Below are positions 1 to 10,807 of a stretch of 20,000 nucleotides of DNA, piece after piece (positions within the stretch are counted from its first letter, which is position 1; each line of letters begins with the position of its first letter). This DNA comes from Catajapyx aquilonaris. Its lineage: Eukaryota. The position numbers were made by a program, and so were the translations under genes. Below the pieces are notes generated by a model, which was not told the DNA's origin, did no database searches, and worked only from the letters and a program-made list of their open reading frames with translations. The stretch covers positions 170,560-190,559 of the forward strand of contig KZ538100.1 of NCBI GenBank assembly GCA_000934665.2, read 5' to 3'.

Positions 1-873
1 AGCGCGCAACTGCAAAAAGGGGCCCCACCCGGCCTGCAATTATTCTCCAGTTTTTAACGTTTAATTAAATCATAGACACAAGCTAATGACCAATATTACA
101 TGAGTAATAAGCACGTAGTATTTTAATGGCATTTAAATCTATAGACTGCCAAAGTTCTAATGGCGTTTTGATAAGGGACAACAGCGGAATTTAATTGCGC
201 GAGTTTGGACGGTGCCACACTGGATTTCAGATTTACAGTGGGCGCAATATGGTAATTCCAAGCATCCAGGGCTTTAATGTCCATACGTTATTTAGTAAGA
301 CAATATCGGGATTGCGCTTATGTGCCGCGGTGCTTTTGCAGCACATCAGGGAAAATAATAAGTTGGATGCTGCTATACGCGGCCCCAGCACACACACACA
401 TACTGTACATATATACACCGCCACCAGCTGCAGCATCATCCGTGTGTGTGTGTGTGAATCGCATTTTTTCCAAGCGACTTTTAAACGCTCCCGGCCCAAT
501 TAATTTGCATTTATACCAAGGTACTAATGCCCATTGCTCATCTGCCAAATGACCCTGCCGAAATGGAGGGTGCGGGGTTATAAGGGTAGGGAGCCTCCCA
601 AAAAATAAATAGCATTTTAACTATAAAGTGCCCCCGCGAAATGAATCGTCCTCCCTGTTAATTTCTTGCGACATTAAAGCGCCGCAATTTAAGTCTGCTG
701 GCCTGGAAAACGCAGCAAGTCCAGTAATTGCCATTTAAAAGTTGAACTATACACCAACCGTGTCAACAATGTACAAAGCAGCAGGTCCAGGCCATACCTG
801 CCTGAAATTATGCAAATCGATTAACATTTTGCAGTTGAAAATTGCCCAATGCTGATTATTATTAGATGAATGC

Positions 874-943
874 CAGCAGATTCGTCTCTTTATATACATG
901 GATCTCCAAACATATAGGTCCATATAGAGAGACGAATCTGCTG
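874..943. other. 70-nt near-perfect hairpin (pre-miRNA-like or transposon remnant)
   Basis: CAGCAGATTCGTCTCTTTAT (874-893) pairs with ATAGAGAGACGAATCTGCTG (924-943; one G-T). Then a 4-nt bulge, ATGGATCT/AGGTCCAT (898-905/916-923) and a 10-nt loop. Confidence 0.85.
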
Positions 944-3900
944 ACTTTTTAGGGACAAAAAAAGACACGCCATCATGTTCTGCTGTGCATGGTGTGGCCA
1001 TCAACAGATGACGTCATCGTAACTCAACTAACAAAAGGAGAATAACAACCCTGTTGACTTATTCCATAGATGAAGGATGGAGCCCGCAGCATCCGGGAGC
1101 CACTATTGGCCGCCGAGCAAGATAAATTGGATTATAAGTTAATGTCGCAATTTGCGCTCTCTCTGCATATCAAAGACGGCCCTCCCCCATCCCTCCTGGC
1201 CCCTCTCAGCCCCCCCAGCATCAGCACCCATTCTAATATTCGCCAAGTGGATTTCTGCGAGGGATGGGGTGAACATTGCCTTGTCGGGGTAGGCCTGGAG
1301 CAGTCATGCTGACATTTCGCCGGCCAATAGCAGAAAGGGGAAAACCCTTCTCCATCCACTCTTCATAAACCAGTCGCAGCGATGGCGACACAAACAACAT
1401 AAACGCTCATAATCGTCCGTTTGGAAATGTAATTAACGCCGCCTGCCGTCCGTATAGCGGAATTAGGACCGGGACTCCAATTAGGTCTAATGCACACGCC
1501 TCCGGGGGCTTTTCCGAGATGCGCTTCCTGAGGTTTCCTCGCAAAAAAAAAATTATTGAATAACTATTACACATCTCGCAAGATGAGCTCTCATCACGCC
1601 TCCTTTAAATCAATCGCTTTTAAAAAAATCGTTCTCATTTCATACTGATGCAATTATCGTTCCTTCCAGGTGGTCAAATGGCGCTTATGATAACAGAGTG
1701 AGCTACAAAATTCGGTCAATCTTTCAATTCGATATGTAACATTTTGTCTCAACATTGCTTGGTGATCAGGTGTCTACAATTAATATAGAGAGCGAGAATC
1801 CCTTCAAGAGTCACTTAAAAACCCGATTCTGATAGGTGGTCGTGGTGTTTTGCAAGCATCCTGATGGTGCTTCTGAAGAGAGAGAGTGACATCATTGGAG
1901 AGCCTATTCAGACGTGTACCGCTGGGCAGTTAGGCGGAGGACAATGAGGGGAGGTTGAGCACAGTAGCTCATTTATTTACACGCCCAAGTCTTGCACAGT
2001 TTTGGTATGCTTTGTGGCCAGTGACAGGTGAATGTGCGAGTTCTGAGAAGGCATTCCAACCCTGCTGCTGCTGGTGCTTCTGTGTATAAACCAAACCCCT
2101 TTGGCTGCTGCTGTTGCATGTTTTTAGTTTCACGACGACGGCATTCCTTATTCACCATCACGCCTTCATTCTTTTTTTTTGTCGGTCGTTTCAGAATACG
2201 TCTTCACAACCACTTGTATCCCCATGTTGACATTATTGTCACTCCCACTGTGATTTATCTCTTATGAGCGATAAATTGGTCTTGATGGCCTTTGCCGTGG
2301 GAAAATTACAGGTGTATAGAAGCGATGCTGGTCACGCATCGTGTGGCATGAGGTGAAAAAAATGCACTTGTATAGTATCTAGGAACATTCCCTCTTGTAA
2401 TATTTGACACCTGATAAATTTTGCACATCCCACATGCAGCAGCCCAGTGAATCAGAAAAGGTCGAAATTAGCAGCATAACCATTGCTTAATATGCGTAAC
2501 CAAATGTCGTGACAACCTCTAAATAAATTGCACACTTGACAGGGCAAAGATAATTACGCGGGTAAATGACTAATCAAGAATGAAGATGCTCTTTATATTC
2601 GTATAGCTTTTGGTGGTGGGTAACCTTTTTTCCTCCCGTAATTGGCCTGATGACATAACGTTGATTACATAGACACCACATTACGTGGTATTCTGGTATT
2701 CGGGGCAAGCGTTTATGTCAGTATTTTGACGAACCCTCTTAATACCTGAAAGCCACTTAAATTTTTTTTCCACCCGACAGCAGTTTAGCCAGATCTCACG
2801 AGAGGACTTATATAGTATGATAGTGCTGTCTCATCTACCTGTCACGAAAGTTGGTTAACAAAACACGTATCGTCATTTAAAATAACATCGCTTATCGCTT
2901 GATGGTCTGAGGACGACTCATCAAAAACAACCAGCACATATTCGCCCGAGTATAGAAAGCTTCCTCTGTCAATCTGCAACCACGCTTTTGCACGTCATAT
3001 ATACACACCTGTTTATAAAATTCTGCCAAGTCGCAGCATGTGGGCGTTCGCATGATCATTTCGCAGTTAGCGAAAGTGGCAATTTGTTGACACGATTCAC
3101 GTCGTGAATGTGACTGGAAAACGTGTTTGATGGGGTTTCTGGCTGGGCTGGCATGACGCTGCATAATCCTTGTATCGCCGGATTGTTAACTGCCGTGCAG
3201 GTGTATAGAAATTTAGAGTATAACCGTCCGAGTATAATCTCCCAAAGCTTCGTACTTGAATCGTCCTCTCCCACGACGAAGGCGTCCACCAAAGATAAAC
3301 AACCACATCCCCCGGAGCCATGTTATGAAAAGCGAGGTATAGTGCTCCATGCATCTATAGCATGATGTGGCCCTTGGGGGTAAAACCACCAAGGAAGAAG
3401 CGGCGGCCACTATCCGGAGATTAATCCCTCAGTCAGCTTCCCAAACACTATTTTGCTTCTGTCACAAGGGACAAATGGCTCCATTCTTGGCCTCCCCACG
3501 AAGATGGCCCCCCCTTTTGGTCCATCCAGGAGCCTGTCTGTCAGCTCCCCTTTACCCCCCGAAAGAGAGAGGGCACTTCCTTCCGTCCTTAACAAAATGA
3601 TTGTAATTCCTTCGCCGCGCAAATGTCTGGCAAGACCATCTGAAAGTCATCGGCTTTGTTTTCTTCTCACGCCATCTTTGCCCCTGCTGCTGCTTCCATC
3701 CGCTTGTTGTTTTTTTGATGGGCTCTTCTCCAGTCATTCGAGCGTTCGAGTCATCTTCTGGGCTGCGATGGCGATGAGGTCAGCTGGCACTGTTTTTAAG
3801 AGGATGATGGGATGGAAGGTGGTGGGCAGGGGAAATATAGTATATAACCCCCCCCCCCCCTTGGAAAACACCTCAACATGAACATAAGAGTCTTGATTGG

Positions 3901-5056
3901 CGAGGGGTGAAAAAGGCCGAGCACATTCCATGATGGCTCAGGTGTGAATTGGGTGTTGTAAAAGAGTATGAAGGCTTTTTTTTCTTCTTCTTCGAAGCTA
4001 CCCAGCCGCCACCTTTTTTTTTTTCGACGCCATTATTTTTAGCGCCTCATTATTCACACAACATCAACATGGCCGTAACAATAGGATGAGTCAACCAATT
4101 CACAAGCACATGCGAATGAGATGAGCCGTCAAGTTGTAAAGGATATATTTACAGGATGGTGCGCTTCCAACTCTTCCAGTTCCAGGGGATTGCTCACTTG
4201 CCATTAGATTGATTTCAAGTAAGATATAAGCAATCACTTTTTTTTCATGTTGTGGCATGCACAGTGCGCGTTGAAGCTGCAACAATTGCGTGCTAAGCCT
4301 CGTCGCAGCAGATGCCTAATCCGCTTGGAAGGTCGACTTTTTGACACCGAACCGCCATTAGGGTTAAACACCCTATTGACACACAGAAAAAAAACCCTGG
4401 CAGTACATTCCTTGGTGCCATTGAGCCAAAGGTATTCTTTAAACCCTCTCCTCTGTCTGCATGGGCCGCAATGTGCACATGATGAAACCCCGTCGAATAA
4501 AAGCCAGGAAGCTGCTGGTCCCCGGCTGCAAAATGCCGGATTACCATTGGACTAATGACTTCCTTTTTCCTTCACCCTTATATTATATCCTTGGCTATTG
4601 GTCTCTCCGCTTCTCTATTCGGTTGGGGAGGCCTTTTACGCTGTATTAACAGGTTAGGCTCAGTTGCAGGTGTCCGGGCGGTCACTTTCCAATCCTGAGG
4701 ATTACCTTGGGAAGAGTGGCCCCCTTTTTCTGAACGATGGGAGCGCCCCGTTCGGTTCAAGACCTTCCCTCGGGGGAATATATACCAGCCAAGGGGATGG
4801 TTTCCTTTTGTCACCTGGATGACTTTTTGGATGGGAGGAGGGGGGGGGGATCCTTTTTCAGTTCCCCCCCTCTTCTTGGTAGCCGCCGAGGGACATTAGG
4901 AAGGGCAGACAGCCTGTCGCCTTCCAAGGGCTCATAAACAGGGGTCTGGCTGGCTGGCCCTGCCCAGCTCGGGCATTTGGGGCATTTCCAGTCGCGGCCA
5001 GATTTACTGCCAGCATGAACTGTGGGCAATACCGCTTGCTGCTAACAACCCAGGGT

Positions 5057-5082
5057 CACACACACACACACACACACACACA
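5057..5082. repeat. (CA)13 microsatellite
   Basis: Direct reading. Confidence 0.97.
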
Positions 5083-7802
5083 GCAAAGTAAACGGTCCGT
5101 TATCTGCTGCGTGCAACTCAATGGCTCAGATTCAAACTATTATTTGGAAGGGGGAGATAATGAAATTGCTGCATATAATTTATGGGTCGTGCCGTAATAG
5201 AGAGCAATTGCAATATTTTGTGACACTCACATATTAGGTTAACCTGCTCGAGAAAAAAAAAAAAAGTGTCTCCATGAGTTATAGCGCAACCAGAAACTCC
5301 CTCCCATTATGCAAATATATCTCTTTTCATAGCAAAAATCACTTTTTCCGAGTGTCTGAATCATTAGCAATAAATTGAATGGGAGGGGGGTTGGGCCCGA
5401 TTCGAATAAAGATGCATCGACAGCTCTCGGGGCGATAAAATTGGGTTCGATCATCAGTCCTCGGGCGCAGGATATAACAAATAATATATCGAGGGAAAGA
5501 GATGGGNGGCTGAGAAGTGGCTTGGCATTATATGAATGGGGCACTATAAAGCGGTTGCCTGCACAGCAAGTCAGGCAAAAAAAGGGGGGGGGGGGTATCC
5601 GCATGGAACTATAGTGGAAGGGAAGCAAAACACCAGCACTCATGCCAGCGGAATAAGATTGGCCCTTATATTTATGAGCCGATGTAATGCGACCAATTTG
5701 TCAAAGCAATGAAAACCGATTCGCAAACAGTGTAGTTTCCTTCCGTCGCATCTCCACCGTCTCGTTCGGCATTTACACATTTTACAAAAATTGGAACGTA
5801 TATGATCAAGTTGAATTGCTCGATTGATTTCTACCATTCCAGAATCACATAAAGAGAAAAAAAGTGACATTGGAAATTTCGACTTAATTCGAGGCTCATT
5901 GTGCGTTAGTCCCTAAATAAATGGTCCACTTTTATTGGTCTCCTGGCTTGAAAAAAAGGCCTAGTTTTCGACCTTCGACGTGGGTGCCAGGCTGTCTGGA
6001 AGCTTCGGTTTTCTTCCCCCCCCCCCCTTTGGGCTGGGAAGGTGGGGGTAGGGCAGGTGGGACCCCCGAGGGGTCGTGAGAAACCCCTCCTTCTTTTGAC
6101 TCTCCCACAGTGGTGAAGAAACTCTGCTAAAAAGGACAACCTACTCTTGGCTGGCCCATTCATTTAGAAGTTTTAAAAAAAGGAGGGGGGGAGGGCCTCT
6201 TGATACGGGAAACAGCTATGTTAACAACCCGTGTTTTACAAATCAAATGAGCCGAGGGAAGCTTCCACGATGACATGAATTATTAGCAGTTAAAAATTGG
6301 TGCGACCCGATGCTGCTGCGTCGCGAACCCTGGGGTCGTAAATGCGGCGGCCAAATCGGGGGGTGGAAAAGCCCGTCTTGACAGGTTGGTTCCATCACCG
6401 CCCTGTACCCTCCCTTTCATTCCGGAGCACCACAACCATGCAGCTTGTCAGCATACCGAATCACTTCACCAACTCTGTACAGGGCCCAACAATTAAGTTC
6501 ATCCATAGTCGAATAGGATTAATTCGGAATTATTTATCCGGGCTCTTTTTCTCTCCCTGGAGATCTTTTGTGGTCCGCAATCAGTTGAGGGTGAACCGAA
6601 ATCCCTTCTGGGAGGTCCCCATTGGTCTCGCCTGCTTACTCACTCGCTTTTCAACGAGCAACCTTCCGATTCATCATCCCGAGTTCCGATGGATTATTGA
6701 CACCGATCCTTTCCCATCTGCTAAACGGATTCCGACTTGCTTCGGCATGACTTCTCTAGCTGATGGTCACAAGGGGCCGGCGGATAAGCGGCTCAGAATA
6801 TTGTATACGGGCGGCTCCGTTTTAAGGAATTCTTTCCCATCAGCCGCGGTTTACACAGCGGAAATGCGATTATATAGGTTCAGGACATGTCCGAATGGTG
6901 CACACCTACCGAACATTAAGAATAAGTTGTAATTGCCAATCTGATGAGCTCCAAATTGACAGCGCTTTTTCCCCCTCCGCAGAAGCACATCAGTCTGATG
7001 AGAGTGTGAACCGCGCAGTTTATATGTCAGCAACGTGCATGATTGGAGTAATATTGTCACCAGTGAATCTGGGGCTCAGTGTGAGTGGCTTTTGATGCGC
7101 GTGAGTGAGCCATCACCCCAGACATTAACTGTGTATTATACAGCCAGCAGCAGCCAGCCACCAACCCGGTCGCAATCAGCCAATCCTCGTCCTGCTGATG
7201 ATGATGCTGGGTTGTGTGTGTGTGTGATGCTGCAGCACTTCCTCCGCCAACACACGTTTCATAATCAGCGTCCATAACCGCGACAGATAAAAACCCTAAG
7301 CATTGATTTTGTCGCAGCATAACGTGTCCATGTGTGGTAGTGTTAAAAGATTTATTACGATTTCATTACGTCCCCGAACTGCTGCGTGCCTACTAATTGG
7401 GTTAGAGGCTTGGCGGCTGGGGGGGTGTGGAGGGTGGTTGGATAACCATAAACTATACTCCGCGATATTTTTAAAAAAAAACAAAAGCTCGCAAAAAAGC
7501 AACATAATCATTTTGTTCAAACCTATAGTCAGCTTCACCTGTCTGCACATTTTAAAAATTAAACTAGAAAAACCATCGCTTCGCTCTCATTTTTCTAGGC
7601 CTGCGGTGTGTAAAGGCATGCTTTCTGAGTGTCGACTGGGTCAAAGGTGAAGGCGAAGAGCATGCCACCCCACCCATAAACCTGCCCCTCCTACGCATCA
7701 TCAAAAAGGCAGCACAGGACGTGATCTGGACAATGGTCAAGTGCAGTCTTCGGCGGGAAAGGGAAAGAGAGAGAGGGAAAAAAGAAGGAAGTCCATTGAG
7801 AT

Positions 7803-7894
7803 CCTGGAGGGACGTGGACTCCCATTCATGAAGAGGAAGCTCCTTAAAAGGCCACCCTCCCAAGAATGTCTCGGAGTCACCTTCGTCCTCCAGG
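7803..7894. other. 92-nt imperfect extended hairpin
   Basis: Nested helices CCTGGAGG(G)ACG/CGTCCTCCAGG, GACTCC/GGAGTC, CATTCATGAAGAGG/CCTCCCAAGAATG, and an apical CCTT/AAGG. Confidence 0.6.
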
Positions 7895-10218
7895 TGCCCA
7901 GATTTACTATGCGTCCGTGTATATATATATACAGGCGTCGGTGTCCATTGTTAGAAGAGGCTCAAAGACCCGGACTCCATGAATGAAGTCAGGGGGGGAA
8001 AAGCAGTCCAAGCCAGCAAGTTTTTCCCTGTTATTTTGCTGTGGGGGGGCTAGAATTACTATGCGATTCGTAGTCTTCTTCACACGATACACAGTCACGT
8101 GGGCGGGAAAACCCGGGCCTTTTAAAACCCGATTGGTCACGCCCCCGATTTTTGAACAACGGAGAACATACTTTTGACCCAAGGACATTCGTACCTTGTG
8201 TAATTCATTCAATTCCATGTTGTCGTGTCTTTTAGTCTCATACACAATGCAATGGACGCTATACTATGTGTGGTGATTCAAATGCAAAGTGCTACCACGG
8301 TATTCGAGTTTAATAATTTAGGCGTGCAAAGTGGACGTTTCGCGTTTGTGTAAATTAATAATCAAGAATTTTGGCAACGATTGTGCAGCGGTCCCTCCCC
8401 CACATCCTGCTGCTGGATGTAATGGAAAACAAACCAGGCGCAAGTTTTAATTCCGTGATTAATGTCACCCCGCCCCCAGTTTTCGCAGCGACAGCCCCCC
8501 CCCCTCCCCTCCATCCCAACGCAATTAATTGCTCGATTCATGACTTGTTTCTCGACGAACAAGAATTAACTGTGGCGTTAGAACCGCCACCAAATCGTCA
8601 ATTTAAAAAATAATTGAATGTCAACACCGTGGCCTAATGGCCCAGGCCGGGGGCCTCATAATACTCTCGTCTATACACACAGAAAATATCAGTCGCATGA
8701 TTTTTTTTAAAGGGGAGGGACGTATTTGCTTCCGGGGAAATATTGTTATTATTAGGCAAGGGGCGGGGGTGAAATGGGTTGGCAAGATTGTTATTGTTGC
8801 CGAGTTGCAAGGGCAATTTGAATTTTTAAAGGACGTCGGATGCTCCGTATTATTGACCATTATTCTTCGGGAAGGTACCCCCCCAACCCCCCCCCCCCCC
8901 CACGAGGAGGAAACGATCCAATCTGCGACATAATCCCAAACATATTGGCCTATTCCTGTGTAGTTGAAGCCCGGTCAGTTATCCACTTCCTTCAATATGG
9001 GACGCTGCATCATTGGGACGCGACGCTGCATATTCAAAGCCAAACACACAAAATGTCAGCATCCATTATATATAATAGGAACAACCGCACGTATGAAAAT
9101 AAGCCGTCTAGTTAGTGAAGCAATCAAGGTGCGAATGAGGGAGGGAGGCGTTGAGTTGCAAAGGGACAACAACGCGCTCCTCAAGATGAAACAAACCTCT
9201 GGGAGTGATGGCATCTTTGTAAAGAGGGGAGGGATGGGGGGATGTAAAAGCAAAATAAATCACAGGAGAAACTTGTGAGTGGTGTAAAGAGGGTGGTTGG
9301 GTGATGGGGACTAAAAAGGAGGGGGGGGGGGTGGAGGCCGCAGCTGCGTCTGCGAGACAGCTCTTCGCCAACTTTGCCTGCGCCTGCCAACCACTGGCCC
9401 TGTATTATTATTCATCTCCTTCTCCTTCTCTCTGGCTGCCTTTTGCAACGTGGAAAAAGCGACGGGGATGCGCTTCGGCTCGTCTCGAAAAACAGACTGC
9501 AAATGATACCCGAAATAGGCTGACAAGAATCGTTTATTGGCTGAAATTTATCAAATGGCGTGCGATAAATGTAACCTAGTCAGCCCCAGAGGAAAAGCTT
9601 ATTATAATCCAGGCGAGCCAAGACGGTTGGGGATTTGGCCCCGAGGCTGCTTTGTTTTCTCTCGCCTTGACGTGGAAAAGGCCTCTGCCTTTTTCTTTTT
9701 TCGCATCTCCCTCCCTAGAAGAAGAAGAAGACACGGAGGGGGGAAACAAATGACGAGCGCTTAAGGTCTGTCGGGGCGAGGAGGAAAGTATTTTAATGAA
9801 TTCCTAGGGATTTTTATTCCCTCAAATTAGTCATCATTATCGGTCCTCCCCTCCCCTCGGCGCCCTTACTAGATACACCTTAGCCCAGCCTTATGCCTTG
9901 ATCCCCGGCCCATTTGTCAGCCCTGAATGACAAGCGAATTATTTTGCGCCTTTACCCGAAATGGGACCCAGGCAGCAGCCTAAGGCTTCTTTCTCCATTC
10001 ATTTCGGACCCACTGGGACACACAGACCATGATACGCATAAAATGGCGCCCAGCAGCATCTGAAGCATATAGCCTACAGTCCCTATACCGTAGGTTGTTA
10101 TGATTACTCTAGAAGCGAACTCGTTCCCAAATTTTAGCAACACTGCTTACCCCCAACTTGGACGTAGTACGATAGGCGACTCCCAGTTGACGCATATAGG
10201 CTGTACCTCTGCATATTC

Positions 10219-10454
10219 CTGCCACTCTCAGCGAGAAAGTAGTGCTACATGCACGTTGGTGATGATTCACTCCGCGGACAAAGTCCACCTGGGCGCTATA
10301 CCCCGCTCACTACTTTCCCCGTTCAACAATTAGAGGACAGACGTGATAGCTATGGCCACTACTACATCTGCTCACTACTGCCGCTCTCAGGTGGAACGTA
10401 GTACTGTATGCACGTTGGTGATGAGTCACTGCGCGGACAAAGCCCACCAGTGCG
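10219..10454 (+). repeat. 77-bp direct repeat, two copies (10219-10295, 10378-10454)
   Basis: Ungapped alignment, 64/77 identical by my count. Core ATGCACGTTGGTGATGAnTCACTnCGCGGACAAAGnCCACC, offset 159 bp. Confidence 0.93.
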
Positions 10455-10527
10455 TATCTCGCCTCCATTGAAGTGGGTCCCACCCTCTCTGGCCACTATA
10501 CTCGTATCCCTCTCTAATTGTTGAACG
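10320..10527. repeat. Inverted repeat pair (perfect 16 bp, weakly extendable)
   Basis: CGTTCAACAATTAGAG (10320-10335) and CTCTAATTGTTGAACG (10512-10527). Confidence 0.9.
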
Positions 10528-10789
10528 AATAAAGTGAAAACTATATGGTAACTGCTACCTACATAATAGGCGATGAGTCAACACGAACAAACTTGTGGAC
10601 AGAGAGAATAAGGGATTAGGGATATATAGATTACATGCTGATACATATTTTTCTTGTCCCCATTGTGAGGCCTGCTCCGTGTCATTCAACATGATTGAGT
10701 CGTGCTGATTATAGTGCCTTGAGATGTGTCGCAGTGGCAATGTGACAATTCCTTCTGCGGCTACAGATGTCGAGGCTGTAATGTCGTCC

Positions 10790-10807
10790 CCTCCTCCTCC
10801 TCCTCCT
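10790..10807. repeat. (CCT)6 microsatellite
   Basis: Direct reading. Confidence 0.9.

Larger units (their letters stand above)
10096..10568 (+). mobile_element. Possible decayed LTR (Gypsy-like)
   Basis: Begins TGTTATG and ends CATAATA, one mismatch from the inverted terminus CATAACA. AATAAA at 10528-10533, about 35 bp from the end, and an internal 77-bp duplication. Followed by GGCGATGAG, which resembles the tRNA-Ser(GCU) PBS TGGCGACGAG. No clean TSD and no gag/pol ORF. Confidence 0.35.

Noticed and set aside
1655..1950. Splice-site-like signals (CCTTCCAG|G, GA|GTGAGC) suggesting small exons
   Set aside because: The frames stop quickly and the translations are unrecognisable.
6478..6500. 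TA-CAGGGCCCAACAATTAAGTTC, a mariner-like TIR start
   Set aside because: No partner inverted repeat found in the window.
6342..6932. 196-aa ORF on the plus strand
   Set aside because: No motif or family I recognise; a BLASTP/HMMER hit or RNA-seq support would be needed.
6941..7010. Two CTGATGAG motifs
   Set aside because: Neither is followed by stem II plus GAAA, so they are not hammerhead ribozymes.
7563..7598. A|CTAG plus CGCTTCGC, a possible minus-strand Helitron 3' end, and a 9-bp inverted repeat
   Set aside because: No good GC hairpin or matching 5' end; the IR is mostly an A/T run.
10255..10460. Hammerhead/retrozyme-like text in the direct repeats (GTGATGAGTC...GACAAAG)
   Set aside because: The core is GTGATGA rather than CTGATGA, GAAA is missing and stem I cannot form. 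A SECIS-like reading also lacks the opposing GA.
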